DNA of 64,000 nucleotides. It comes from Dipteris shenzhenensis (taxonomy: Eukaryota). The DNA lies in NCBI GenBank assembly GCA_047967505.1, contig CM106538.1, one strand, 5' to 3'. Numbering within the stretch: the stretch's first letter is position 1; each line of letters starts with the position of its first letter. Positions 27,201 to 41,329 of the stretch are shown one piece after another. Both the position numbers and the translations under genes were made by a program. The notes beneath the pieces are model-generated. The model worked only from the letters and a program-made list of their open reading frames with translations, made no database searches and was not told the origin of the DNA.

Positions 27201-30200
27201 GAACCCTTTTAAGAAAGGGGGGCTTCAAGGTATGATTGATCAAAAGGTTATGAACCCGGACCTTCCTGGCCCTCTTGCAATTTTCTCGAGCTTGCCAAAT
27301 CTCATGAGTTACCTAGAGAGAGGGTGAGAGTAACTTCTGAAAATGATTAGAGATGTTTTAGTCTCACTCTTAGCCCATTGATTGTCAAACTTCCAAAAGG
27401 GGGATGTCACTTCAAGAAGTTAAGTGAACCAAGAATGATCTTGAGTACAGGCTCAAGTGGATTGATAATAGAAAGAAATGGTTCTTTATTGATCATGAGA
27501 CAAGAAAGGAAGGTACTACTATTCGGGTACTCTCACATTATGAACAAATTTTTAAGAAGGTTGTTGCAGATGTAGACCACAGATGGATTGCACTACACTA
27601 CATTTGGAATGGGGTTCCTTTTTGGGTTGTCTCAGTTAATGCTCCTACCAATTCTCAAGACCGAGTGACCACTTGGCAGCCGATGGATGTGTTAGATGGA
27701 AATGCCTTTCTAATGGTGGGAGACTTTAACATGGTTGAATTCAGAAGAGACAGATGGGTGGGCAAGGGCACCATGCTAAAGGGCGCTGAACTGCACACCT
27801 GGGAGGGCTTAAACGATGCCATGCAACTTTTAGACCCTGACTCCATGGGGGAGTACACTTGGTCTAACAAACAAATTAGGGATTGCAAACAAGAAGCTAG
27901 ATTAGACAAAATTTATATTTCTCACCATCTCTTACTCAGCACCTCCAAGGTTGGGATTCAAATGTTTTCTACCCTCTCAGTTTTCGCATCACAAGCTAGT
28001 ATGTTGAGCTGTGATTTTAAACAAGGAAGGAAAACCTCATCGTGGTTCAAGGCTTAACCCCAGCCTTTTCTGGTTTAAGTCTCTGTCCAACACGGATTAC
28101 TGAGATGTGGGATAAGATGCCTCGTCCTTTTGGCAAAATGCGAAAGGGAAACTAAATAGATATTGAAGAGTGCAAGGAAAAGTTGGGCCAGGATAAGGGC
28201 CCTAAGAATGGACAAGATTAAAGATGTCATTAAGACGCATTAGTGCTCAAGCAAAACTGCTACAAGCTAAAGCTGACCTCTTGAAGTTGGAAAAGGCTAG
28301 ACTCAGGGAGACACTGGTTTGTTTGAGGAACTGGTGGACAGGTAAAATGGACATACCAGCCAAGGAAGTATTTAATCTTATCAGAAGGAAGAGATGGGAT
28401 TTCTCTCAACACCTAGCCAACACCCCCCTCTAGTGGGGTCTATTAATCCACACATTATGTGTGAGGAAAGACATGGGCTTACTTAGCATGTTTCTTTCCT
28501 GGGGTTAGGGCTTTTAGTCAAGGTTGAATAGTCCTTAGCATGGGAGAGCCTTCTTTTGGATTGGAGTTGGGCCACTACTTTCCCTTTGACAATGATGTCT
28601 TTCTCAACACTGGGGTGGGGAGGAAACTTCTCTTTCAACTCTGCCTCATCCGAGTGCATATCATCACCTTTTAAGACCTCGTCGTAAAATTATTTAGACC
28701 AACCCTCCTCCATCTCACCCTTGGGCTTCTCAATAATCATGTCCTCTGATGGGGAGTCAGATAACACATTAAATGGGTTAATAGGGGCAACAATGTTGCT
28801 CTTCCCAGCTAGGTACCCAACTTTGATGGCCTCTCTTTTAGGCAAGTTGTTCAGTATAGGACCAAGAGCTTCCTGAGAGGACGGGGGAGGAGTGGAGACC
28901 ATAGGAACCCCCTTCTGTCTATTTGCTACCAGCGGGGGGTTTGTAGGAGTTTTTAGCTTGGCTTTCTTAAGTGGGCAATTTTTAAGTATATGGCTAGAGA
29001 GGCCACATAGAAAACATGAGTTAGGGTGATTCTTGTACATAAGAGGTTGTTCCCTAATCGATGTCACCTCTCTTATTAAGAAAGAGCAAATTTTTAGGGA
29101 GATCCTCTATTGGGTCAAAGCTAAACGCAAACCTAAGGGTTGCCCCTTGGATTGATTAACTATTCATGCTCAACGCTCAATACTTTGCCCAAAGACCCAT
29201 ACAATGAAGCTGCTTGATTGAATAGAGAAAGGTTAAATTTGGAAGAATGGCCCAAACTGGAAGTTTGGTAGACCTAGGCATCTTTGTGTTGAAGAAAGGT
29301 GACCAAGAGAGGTTGGCTCCTTATGGTCTAGAGACCATGCTGGAGGACCTTAGAGGATGAAATACCCTCTCTGTAAGAAGCGTACATTAATAACACCGAG
29401 TCCTTCTTCACCCAGCTATTTTGGAACCACCCTTCAGGGCGAGGGCCATGCAGGAATCCCACGAGTGCATGAGCAAAAAGAAAATCATCAGCATCTTCGA
29501 GATCCTCTTCATTGATGACTGTGGCAACAGCCTTACCTGCTTGATGAGTCTTCTGCGAGCTTGCAGTTGGGATGCCCTTTGCATGAGCCGCTTGAAAATC
29601 CTCAGGTGTTCTCTCTCCTCTGTTGGAATTGTTTGTCCCTATTGGTTGATTTTTGACCTTGCATGTCGGTGTGCCATTCTTTTCTTCCAGCTTCTCAGCA
29701 CCGACATGTAAACCTTCTCTCTGTTTCTCTTGTCTCTCTTCTAGTCTGGTAGCTGCTACTTTTGGGGATGCAGAAGAAGCCTCCCTTTGTCTGCTATAGC
29801 GCCCCCACGTAAGAGGTGTAGGGTTCAACACTCTGCCAAGGAAGGATGTTCTACCAAATCTTGCACTGCCACGTCCACCAGTTCCTTCTTGACTTCGTCT
29901 TAGGGACCAGGAGGGAATCGAGGAAAGGGGGCTCCATAGTTGTTGCTTTCGACTGGGGAAGGAGACAATGTTTGCTATAGCTCAAGGCGCTGGTCGGGAG
30001 GTGGGAACTTGGAAAGATAAAAAATGTCGATATTAGATCTCTCCCAGTTGCAAGGGACGTAGGGCAAACGAAAGGCATTAGAAGAGGGAGTGGGAGTCAC
30101 ATCAAAGGCTAGATTTGTGTGCACAAGTTCTTGGGGGGAGAGTTGGAGAGGACAGGCTGTCCCGTCAGAGTCGACCTCCATTTCCCTCCACTCGTGGATA
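24290..30200 (-). mobile_element. Rearranged L1-like LINE with an internal inversion and an inverted duplication
   Basis: ORF1 with CFLCGLSSHILKNC on minus (28480-29830); endonuclease on plus (VGDFN, RLDKIY; 27400-28480); RT on minus (NWRPL..YKILTK, EQKGFIKG, KVDFDKAYDRLDW, QGCP, GGLG). Confidence 0.88.
25747..26940. repeat. Inverted near-identical copy of 27756-28949
   Basis: ORFs 25794-26006 and 26263-26472 mirror 28690-29067 and 28224-28433 on the opposite strand with only a few substitutions. Confidence 0.95.
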
Positions 30201-30689
30201 TATCCTCCTTTTTAAAGCACTTTTAAATACCGTAACCTTAAATCTTGATATAACCATCCATAAATGCATCGTTCTATCCCCAACCAATAGCGTCGATATA
30301 ATCATCCGTAATTCCCTTGAAACATTTTATGGAACTTATTTTTGATGTTGATAATCATTTTATGTTCCCAAACAATAGCATTGATATAACCAGTACTTAG
30401 ACCCGTCTACGACAAGTTTTTTTCCCAATTTCAACATAGATTGTCAAAAATCGAGAGTTTCTTCTATCATAAAGCAATCTTCAAAAGCACCACACAATCA
30501 GAAGTCTCACCATTCATGAGCACAACATGGTCATTGGAGTATGCATTTTTGCTATGGCATGAGGTATCTCTCTCGCTGCAATGCTTGAATCAAAACCATC
30601 GTAGATGTGAAGCACTAAGGATGCCCTCCGCGAAATGATGGCCAAGGAAAAATCGAGTGATTGAGCAGCCCATTAGTCATGATATTGCA

Positions 30690-31030
30690 CCATGAATCTC
30701 TGCCTCTAAGGCATAGTCGATTGAGGCTACTGCCTATGCATAGTAATCGCGACCCCCTTAGCCTTTTGATAAATCACTCTGGGCTTAGCCTCTTCTATAT
30801 GATCATTAGCTAGATGGTTGGTGGCTTCATTTGCTGCTCTCCTTGCTACAATAATTGCTTTTGATGGTTTCCTTTGTGATTGAACAATTGAAACTTTGCA
30901 GCCCATGAATCCGTGTCTCTAAACAATTGATTGAGGCTATGGCATAGTTTATCGCGACCGCCTTAGCCTTTTGATAAATCACTCCGGGCTTAGCCTCTTC
31001 TACACGATCATTAGCTTGATTGGCTTCAGT
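30690..31030. repeat. Two-copy ~210-bp spaced direct repeat
   Basis: tcgcgacc.ccttagccttttgataaatcact..gggcttagcctcttcta occurs at ~30747 and ~30952. Confidence 0.8.
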
Positions 31031-31049
31031 TCAAATATCCATTTGATTG

Positions 31050-34000
31050 TAGCATAGCCTTTTGCTTTCCTATACACTTGAAACACTTCATATAAATCCA
31101 CAAAACACTATATTTCCTTCAATAACCATGTACACATACGAATCATTCTAATAAACTGAATGCATTTAACACCTCCTTCACCAATAATTTCTGTGTGATG
31201 GACTTTTTAAATCTTGCTCTTCCCTCAATAGTACCATACATAGCTTGGAACTTGCTGCTCTCCTTCTACCCACTTGCATACATTAATTGTGAGGATCCAC
31301 TTCTTTGGGCCGTAAAATAATCTGTTATATTGAAGATTGCATCAACGCTACTCACCAAACATTTGTTGGCTAAAGGAGAAGGACTCCCCTCGAGCCTACT
31401 ACTGGGGATGAAGAAACTCTCGTCTCACACCACGTAGTTCCTCCTTTTCTCCTACTTTTGTCCATTCTTTTTCATAATATGGAACCAAATCAAAGAGCAC
31501 TCCTCCCTCTTTCTCTATTCTCTCATCCCTCCTATAATTTGAGTGTCTTAAAAGGAAGTTTGATGTCCACATGGGGCTTTGGATTTCTTGTAAGTTAAGT
31601 GTGGTATTTTGTCTCTTTGCCTTTAGATATTTATAACATCCACACACCTTTGTTTTATGAGATAGTTCTTTACACCAAGTCTGCTACCAAGACCATCTTC
31701 AGTGAACCACGTTTTAGGAGCCAATCCATAGAGTGCATTGTCTAAAACTCAATGCCATAGAGTAATCCACTCACCCCTAAACACTAATGTCCCCTACCAT
31801 AGAAGCCAAATCCAGAAGTGATGCATCGACCTAGCTCATCCCGATATTGCCATGACTTTAATAGGAATCACTATCCAAATGCTGATTGGTCTATCCAACA
31901 CCCATCCCAATACCACATCCCAATAGATGTGCCTCCTATATTGTATGTTGCTTTCCTTGTCTATGCTAGTAGAAGTGCCTATGGCAACTTTACATGTAAC
32001 ATTTCTCAATGGGAGTAGTAATGCAACAAAGCTTGCCAAAAGTAGCAATGTGAAAGTTTTACCTGTACTAGCATTGCCAATCAAGAACATGTGTAAAGGT
32101 GAAGATAGGGCACTCTATTTCTTTAGCACTATGTCCTCCCCAACAGGAGCCGTTGCTCATACTTCGAATTTGTGCAAGGAAGGGTAATATGGTTCTATTG
32201 GTATGACTTTGTATGTGAATTTTTGGGCTTGTTGAAATTGGGTCATCTTGCTGGACATGTCCATTTCTCTCCCTAGGTCATATGTGTCAGCACTATTTCT
32301 TGTCCTTGAACTTGTGGATGACGGTGAAGAAAAGTTGCTCGAGTCAATGGAAGGAGGTGTGAGAGGACATGAGTTTGTTTAATTTTTTTTTGTTCTCCTC
32401 AATATTGTATTCATGGTGGTTGTGTAAGTAATGCCATGTGGGAAAGTCATCATCCAAGTAGTGCTCACTATTAATAAAAGGCCAAAAAAGAAACAAGTTA
32501 TCTATAGTGGTTTTCCGGTTCTCTTGATTTGCTGTAACTGTTAAATCGTATCATCCTTGAGAGCTTTCTTTTTTTGGATTGTGTGGGTGTAGTGTGTATT
32601 CACTAGCAAAAGAGGCAAAGCACATGTGCACAAGTGATGGTGTATGCTAGAGGTATATGCTGATAATGTTAGCAAAGAAGATGTCACTACTAGTGGGGTT
32701 GCTCTCCTACCACACTTGTGTTTATGTATGAAAATTATCTTTTTATACTTGTAAGGGCAAGGAGAGGCACAAGTAAATGACTTGTTGTGCACAAATATGT
32801 TGCATGTTTAATATCGCATTGCCCAGCTTGCGCATGTGCTCATTGGTAGTTGCGTTCATCTCCAAGCTTTGTGAGAGAGCGATCTTAACTACTTTGGTTG
32901 TTTCTTTTTTTACTTTCATGATGCTTTAAGTGCAATAAGTAGCATTGCTGTGAGGGTTCAAGAATAATTGCACGTCAGTATTAGTTGAAAGTTCCCAATA
33001 GTTTTCACAATGTCAGGTCAAAGTTGTTAAAGTAGATGTCTTTTGAGTGCCTCTTTAAGAGCAATGCAGGTTGTGAGGCATTGGCATGCAGGGTACAATG
33101 AATTACTCTTTAGATAGCCCAAGCTAACCCTGAGGAAGGAGTCACATTACAATGATGTTGTTGAAGGTTCCGACAAGATGGAAAAGATTTTTGCTAAGTT
33201 TTTTTGTAAGGAGTTATTAATGAGGTTGTGCTCCAAGGGGAGTATAATACATGTCTTCTGCATAGGTGGGTGTGAAAAGCTAAACTTGCAACCTTTTCCT
33301 TTTTTCTTGCAAGATTTCCTATGTATGCAAGTGTTTGTGTTTGAGGACAAGTTGTGAGACATCCGATATTATGTAGTGGTCGACAAATTCTTCTATCTCT
33401 TAGTTTGTTGAAACACTATAATTTTGTGCATCCTCTACCCAAAGCAACCCATGGTTGTGTTGGCTTCTTCTATTTTGAAACTTGGTGAGAAAACATTAGT
33501 CTTGAATCTTGATTCTTGCCTAAGATGGCAGGGTCATTTTTCAAGAGAGGTTTGACTCCTTGGAATGTGTGGGCATAGTACTGTGCCATAGTCATAGGGT
33601 CTAAATGGTGCCCATAGTTTTTCTTTTGTTCTGTACATAGTTTTTTTGTTGCTGAGAGGTAAAAATGTATGGGGCCATAGTTGACATAGCATTGTAAATA
33701 GATTCTTCTGATTCTATTCTTGTAGTCAGTTGATGTCCAAAGAGCAATAAAGTCATGAAAACTAGTTTTTGATTGTAATAGTTTTTCTACAATTGTGTCC
33801 TCAAGCATGTCTTTCGCTTGAAGAGTTCTTCCACTCAACTGAGGCGTTTGCATTTAAATCCAGGTGGAGTATGACACTTGACATACCGTGATTTTCATCC
33901 TTTTGAAGGACAAGTTTTCTATTGAAAGAGCAAAGTGTCTATACTTGTTAGTGAGCTCCCAACAAGCAATATCTTAGTAGGTAATGTGTGTAGGGGTATC

Positions 34001-35000
34001 GTAATTGCATGCACAACCACAACCATAGAATAGTGTAGGAAATGCCAACTCCTCACAAAACTTATCCTTGAATATGCTCAACGGCAAGAAACCTTCAGAA
34101 GGAGCAACCACAACCATAGAATAGTGTAGGAAATGCCAACTCCTTACAATATTTGTCCTTGAATATGATTAACGGCTGCAAGAAACCTTTACAAGGAGAA
34201 ACCATGATATGTTTTCCTTTAAAGTGAATGACTTACTTGCTAGTGTAGATTCCATGCACAAGAGTCTCTATTTCAAAGTCCTCTTATGAAGTATCATTGC
34301 CATTGTTTTGTCCCTCTGCATATTGTTCTTAGAGATACTTGCATGTTGCATGTGTTCCACTCAAACCATATTAAGTTCCACGTTATGCTCCTTGTACAAA
34401 GGACTACCAAGCAATTCATTCAATGCACTCATTTTTAAAGTAGGTCTCACAAGGCCACTCATGTAATTGTGTGTATATTATTGCAACCATGACAGTGGCA
34501 TTATTGGTCAAGAACCATGAAAGGATCCATTACGCTCTATCAACATCTTCAAAAACATTGACAACACTTCCACAAAGCCCAAATTTCCCTTCGTAGGTCT
34601 GCTCTTGGATTTGGGTAAAGGGGATCTGAATCACAGGTAGGTGGGCCTCGATGTCATTGAGCATTGATGTGTATTGACCTCTTGTTGGAAGTGGCATATT
34701 TTTTATGCAAAATATTGGAAGTTTCTTGTTTTTCAAATGTTTGAAGCAAGTACAACACACCCTTTTTTGTTCCAAGGGTATGTGATTGATTACCAAACCA
34801 TGTTGTTCCAAAAGCATTTGATTATTAAGTTTAATGTTTAAGTCTATAAGAGAATGTTAAACACTCCACAAGAAAGACATGGGAGCTTCGGAGTGTCCTC
34901 AAATTTTCCCATATAGAATGCTTGTGCTCCAATTGAAGAATGTTTTTTTAAAATGCCATATGCATACATAGTCTTCATTGAACCATTGACATAATTGGGT
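31050..35000 (-). mobile_element. Decayed Helitron RepHel
   Basis: CCTCFKHLKNKKLP...KFGLCGSVVNV (DUF6570-like), ELAFPTLFYG (duplicated, 34015-34200), HRKSCKK..CKFSFSHPP, and PIF1 Walker A GNASTGKTF, in the expected order. Confidence 0.85.
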
Positions 35001-36349
35001 ATGCCATGTTGCATCCCTGATTATCCAGATGCTTACACTGGATATAATGCATGAAGTAAGAAGTATGAAAATAAACAAGTGTGAAGTTAACGAGTCCGAA
35101 TCTAATTGAGAAGTATGAAAATAACAGAGTGTGAAGTCAAGAAGTTCAAAAGATTTCAACAGCAAAGACCTTGTTCAAAACTGCTATCCTCCATATCGAT
35201 CGATTCACTAGAATGCTCATGCTCAGCCCTTATGGGGTTGTTACAATGACTCCAAGTTACTCGACTTACAAACTAATCATGCTAAATCTTCGATGGCATA
35301 ATGCGATCAATTGAAAGAAACAAGTGCTTTTGGCAGAAGCAAACATGAATTCAAGAAATCGGGTACTGATTAATGAAGCCTCACAGGCCTAGCTCTAAAG
35401 ATAAAGGATCATGTGAAGCTAACCAATTATATTTTGATGAAATAGGAAATATTATGTAAGCCCAAAATACTTCAAACTAAACTGCCCAAAATACTTCAAA
35501 CTAAACTGTTGCTAAGGCCGGATACACACAGAACAAGTGAGGTGACCTTTTTGCTTGTCCGCCCCCTTTTGAAGATGAAGTAGGTGTGCGTTCGCCCTTC
35601 AATTCACAAACACGTGGACGAACTTGCAATATCTAATAAATGCATGATAATGAAACCACCAATCAAAGATGGCGTAGTGGTAGGGCTTCTCTTCAGTAAC
35701 GAACAAGTCAAGAGTTAGAATATCTGTTGGGGCCTAGTTGCAGCTTTTTTGTAGGCACCCAACTTCTTGGGCGGGCTTGGAAAGCTGCCAAAGCAAAATG
35801 CGGAAGTCACCCGTGACTTAGCGTTCATGTAGCAATATCCCGAGCCATCCTACAGATGTGTGTGAAGGCCCTTCCATTCAACTCTTGAATAAGCTTTTTG
35901 GCCTGCCCGGTTGGGGAAGCCCTTAATGATGATGTTGGGGTTGAAAGGGAATTGTGCCTATTGGTCCACGTTCAACTTACTATTTCACTCCATCGTCTTT
36001 CCTCTACTCTCTCTCTCTCTCTCTCTTCCCCCTAGTCTCGACCTCCACGCTTGCATCACTCGTAATCCATCCTCCTACCTCCCATTTACTACTATTGTTT
36101 TTTGCTACTACTTCTGCTTTTTGGTTTTGCCAACCTTTTGGGCAGGCCTCATGAATGACAAAAGGCGTTTCGTCATTCATTTCTTGCACTCGTTTTCCTT
36201 GTCCGTAGACACGTGTGTATGTGTGTGCGTGCGCACATGCATCCGACCTAATTGTTGTAAAGTGCTCCCCGTGGGACGAAGGCAATTCCATCTATAGAAG
36301 TAAAATGAGTTAAAAGTTGGGAGGGCGAGGTTTCCAAAAGTAGCTCATT

Positions 36350-36670
36350 GAGGTATGCATTTACAAGATATAAACAAGTAAGTTGGTCACTCATAGTGCT
36401 AGGTATATGCATTGACAAGATATAAACAAGTATGTGCATTGACAAGATATAAACAAGTAAGTTTTGTTTTGAGAGCCGGCTTTGCTGTGTGAGGCACATA
36501 CAAACAAATAAGTTTTGTTTTGAGAGTCGGCTTTGTTGTGTGAGGCACGTACACCCACCAAGCATCTTATGGACATCTCATGGAGATGCCATCCTCGTAG
36601 TCATATTAGTCACACTTTCCCATTGAGATATGCATTGACAAGAGGATATAAACAAGTTGGTTGGTCACTC
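36350..36670. repeat. Short direct repeats immediately upstream of the plastid-protein gene
   Basis: gcattgacaagatataaacaag about 4 times; gttttgttttgagag.cggctttg.tgtgtgaggcac twice. Confidence 0.75.
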
Positions 36671-36693
36671 ATGAAAGCTACTATAAACCACAA

Positions 36694-37352
36694 ATGGACT
36701 TCTCTCTCCAAACCACCGTTGTCCCCTCACCTTCAACAAGGTGCTTATCCCTCACCTTCCCTTTGCCCTTCCATGCTCCCAAAAGCCCCCAAATAGCTTC
36801 CCTCTCCTTCAACAGAAATGGGTTCCTTATCCTTCATCATCGTCAAGCTTTGGCTTTAGCTCGTTTCAAGAACGACCCTTCCCCGCACCTCCAGTTCATC
36901 GCCCGAGCTGCTGCTAAACCTCCCAAGCCTCCCCCCAAGCCCGCCACATCTAAAACTATCGTCCTTGCTGTCGCTTTGCCTTTTGCACTCGCCGCCGGCG
37001 CCGTAATCGCTGGAAAAATTCTCTCTCGACGAATTCGAATGGAAGCCATGGAGGAGGTACGGCCTCCTTCTTTTATGGGCCGCACGTTTGCCTTTTGCGT
37101 AGAGCGAGCCCATCAAGCTTTTTCATCACGGCTTTGTGTTTTCTCCTATCCCTGATCCAGGCCATCGAGTTGGAGAAGAAATATAATGCGGAGAAGCTAC
37201 TAACAGGCAGTGAACCGGACATCGAGAGTTTTTATGCGAAAAGTGTATCAAGGGATGATTCCGGCAGTGAACTGACACTGTCAGCAAAAAGCGAAGCGCT
37301 GGAAGATGGTGTCAGGGTGGGGATGCGGAATCGCCCAAAACGAGAGGAGTGA
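36694..37352 (+). CDS. Probable plastid-targeted single-pass membrane protein (~184 aa); exons 36694-37056, 37161-37352
   Basis: Ser/Pro-rich N-terminus with few acidic residues ending in an ARAA motif, a P/K linker, hydrophobic IVLAVALPFALAAGAVIAG; the 104-nt GT-AG intron joins MEAMEE to AIELEKK in frame. Confidence 0.65.
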
Positions 37353-39124
37353 GTCTTCGATGCGTCATTGACAGCCTTCATGATTATCGAGTACCGAAAG
37401 GCATGCTAGAAGCCAGCCAGCTGAGAACTGCATAGGAGTCTCTACTTAGATCAATCAACCGGGTTTGGAAACGAAGAAGCCAGCCTAAAAGAACAAAAAC
37501 CCTGAGGCATCTGCGGGGTTCGTCCATCCAAATTCACATTGTATGAGTTGAATATGTGTACATTCTTTTGGCATTTTTACAGGCAGGGTCTGTCTTTCCA
37601 CAAGAAATTTAATGTACGAGGGAGAGCCATGAATGTGAAGACCTGGCTTCATTTCCGTAGCATTAGGCGCATTGGCATTCAAATGTTTTAGAATCAAAAG
37701 TCCATATTTGTTGCTAGTATGCATGCTCAATTTTCATTCAAAATGGATGGTTTAGGCCTGTGGATAACATGTTTTATGCTTCAAGGGATATAGGGGTAAT
37801 GAAAGTCTATAGCTTCATTTTCATCTTAGTAGTATGACTCTAGCATTGATTTCTCCTCAATAGCTAGTCGTCAATGAGACCTAGATGGTTTAAGAATGCC
37901 CTTTGGGCAGGACGGCCAAGAATGATCAGCCTTTTTTTCTGTGTGTTTGTCCGATTGCTAGGCAAGCTTGGTGGAGAGTGGTGGACAGGGGAATTTGAAA
38001 GACAGCTTTAAAAAACAAAAACCTTCGGGAGTCGCAGTGTTTGTCCAGATTCTGCTTGTATCATTTGTATATCTAAATATTCTTTAAGATACTTGAAGTA
38101 AGATAACATAAGGGGTAATTGCCACGAGTCTACTTTAATGCTTACGTGGATAGCTCCAAAGTTCCGGAATATACTTTTTTGACGCTAAGGAGTACCAGCT
38201 CGTAAATGTTCGTCTTCCTTGGAAGGTGGATGGAAAAAGATGATGCAGTGAATCCCCTTTTTCCCTCTATTGCAGGGAGTGAAGATGAAGAAGCAGGCTG
38301 TCCGCTTTGCTTTAATTCACAAGCCCTGAAGGCCTTCGAGCTACTGAAGCTGCAGTCACAATAGTACCTTGTCTATCATTGGCAACACCTGTAGTGAAAT
38401 AGGGGAAGGGAGAGGGACGACAGGTTGCCATGTAGGAAGCACAGAGGTTGCCACATGGACAGCAGATGGTTATCCTTCTTAGGTTTATTTATGACCCACA
38501 CTACAAGGCAGATCAATTCACTGTGCTGCTCTGCCCACATATGAGGCTGCACACAAGCCATATGGAGGGGCATAGGGGCTGCACAGAAGGCACATTGTGT
38601 GGGTTCCAGAACTGGGCAAGGGCCCAGCAAAGAATGCAGCCAGTAGGGGGTTTAATAGCCCCCCAATGGCTGGTCTGTCCGGCCAGTCCACAGACTGGGT
38701 TGGCCAGCCAGCCAACTGGTCGCAGGCTTGGGTTGGCTGGTAAAAGGCCCAGTCGTCTTGTTTCAACCATCTTGCCACTCTGTAGAAGGCCCCCATTGGG
38801 GGAGCACAGTAGCATTCAGACAGGCAGCATTGCAGAAAGTACAGAGCTTCTCCAGAGTGCACCCAAGGCACTAGGAGATAGCAGCAAAGGGCAGCCGCAT
38901 GCACAGGAGTCTGCCATCATCTCCAGCCTATAGAAGTGCAGAACGGTGCTAGAGAAAGTGGACAAAGGCAGCAGCAGTAGCAGCCCTTTGCCTATGTGAA
39001 GAGCTCAGGAAGTGGTGCAGATCGGACTACTGGATGACAGACAGTTTTGCATCCTCCCATAGCCACTGAAGTCCTCAATAAGCCATACACCTTTCTCCTT
39101 GCAACCTACACGCTCTCTCTTCCT

Positions 39125-39166
<42 letters not shown>

Positions 39167-39179
39167 GCTGACAAGAGCA

Positions 39180-40360
39180 TGGATTGTCAGCTGCATTTCA
39201 AAGTAATATGGGGGTAAAACAAGGTTGTCCTCTCTCACCTACACTGTTTGGAATCTGCATTGACAAGTTAGAAGAACTCATAAATGAATTTACAGCAAAA
39301 GAAGGGGTAAAAGTACCCACACTCGGGTTATGGACAATACTGTTGCTTCTATATGCAGATGATGTGGTTCTTTTTGCTTATGACTCTGATTCCATGCATC
39401 AACTACTACAGACACTTCAGGTCTTTTGTGATGAAAGTGGGCTGCAAGTTAATGTCATCAAAACCAAAATGATGGCAGTATTCACCACTCAACTTGAACA
39501 CCTTCCTGTTATCAGCTTTGCAGGGGGCAGCCCATTGAATATGTCAACACCTTGAAACATTTAGGCATCGACATACCAGCCGACCACAGATGGTGGCAAT
39601 GTGCACAAAAAAGGTGGGACACAGGTTGGGGAAAATACAATCAATTTGAAAATGATTGTAGGCACATTGACACCCGGAACTGGAAGATCCGCAATATGTT
39701 GTTTGATGCATATGTGGTCCAAACAGTGCTCTACGGAGTAGAAGTATGGGGAGGCAGCATCTCTCCATCTACATGGAATGAGATTGAAAAAATGCAGAAA
39801 GCATTCCTACGACGACATCTAGGAGTCAAGGCTACTACCCCGTACTCTATGCTTCTTTTGGAAACAGGTAGGAGGCCAATTGAGTTTCATGCATTGATCA
39901 GAGTGATGCAATATCTATTGGACATGCAACAAATGCCAATAGACAGATTACCACACAGAGCATGGACAGCAAGTATGAAACTTCAAAAGAACCATAAAAG
40001 CAAGATCATATGTACGGGATGGGGACAGACATAAGGAAACGGTCCAGCAGATGGAAAGTGGAACCATACCTAACTATGCCACGTGAAAAGGTCAAACTAC
40101 AGGAATTCTAGTTGTCCTTACTATGCACCCTACAGGCTCAATGGCTAACAATAGAAAGGAAGACCAAGCTAGAATACTACCAACATCAAATAAATCCTCT
40201 ATGCTGGTCATCATTCATGAAATCAGATGCCTTTGCTCAGCCATACATCAGCACTCCCATCCCTCTTCTTTATTGCAGGAATTATGCCAGATTCTGCACA
40301 CGGTCACATACCTTGGCCATAGAGAAAGGAGCTTGGCTGAATTTGCCACGACATGCCAGA
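39180..40360 (+). mobile_element. 5'-truncated LINE RT and C-terminal fragment
   Basis: GVKQGCPLSPTLF, LLYADDVVL, LYGVEVWG, TRSHTLAIEKGAW; begins just after a (CT)n run; same type as 5719-6021. Confidence 0.88.
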
Positions 40361-41329
40361 GTTTCAAGGAGCATCCAAACGAGCTCATACACGAGCTTGA
40401 GAAATCCGGCCCCAATTATGCATTGCCCTGTACTGTAAGTCAGCTTAGCCTACTCATACAACAGCGATGACTGAGGAAAAGGGAGAGAAAGAGACAATAG
40501 AACGAGACCAGCCCCTCCAGGAAGCAATTCGTGGCTTGTGTACTTGGCCCTGAGAGCAGCCAGGCCCTCAAGCCTTTCTAGCACTGGCTGTTCACCGTAC
40601 CAACCCACGGAGCTGCAAATGGACGCGGAGCCTCTCATACGGACTCCTAAACTGAAACACAAGGTCCAAAACTGTTGTGCCTAGTCCCCGATCTATACGT
40701 CAAACCATCAAAAATGCCATCTGTGCATCCAAAGCTCCTCTCAGCTCCCGTACGGCGCTCACGATTTTTTCAGCTTTTTCCTCCACCGTGAACCTTGCCA
40801 AATGCATCCAGGAATGGGAAAATGCCACGTGGCATCCCCTCCTCGTCATTTGCCCCCAATGCCCCCTCTAGTGGGACCTATTTAAGATCTAACCAAGCCC
40901 TTGCCTCCTCTAGTGGGGCATTTTTAAAGCCAAACCAATGGCCAACTTGGGTCCTAAAGGTTTTTGCCCCCTCTTTAGACTTATTCACCAATTCACCCCC
41001 AAGGCATTAATCCCTAGGGGGAAATCTTGCACACACACATCCAAGGCCCTGTCCCCTAGTTTTCCCATATGTAAATGCAAAACTCACACCCTCGTGATAG
41101 GACCTATGGCTAGGATGGAGTCTAATGATTTGGTTTAGCCCATAGTGAGAGAAGTAGCTCAAGGAAAAGGAAGGCCCCCTATTCAATTGGTTTAGGGAGA
41201 GTAGAATTCTTTGGATCCAAATGTAAATAACCTCCCGATATGTGAAAACTATGGCCAGTTCTTTGGGAGAATTGTAGAAGCACATGTGGGAGTGCTGGAG
41301 TATGTTAAGGACAAAAGAACCCTTCAAAA

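Noticed and set aside
38376-38933. Several overlapping 80-160 aa ORFs
   Set aside because: No recognisable domain or splice structure; possibly a TE leader but unsupported.
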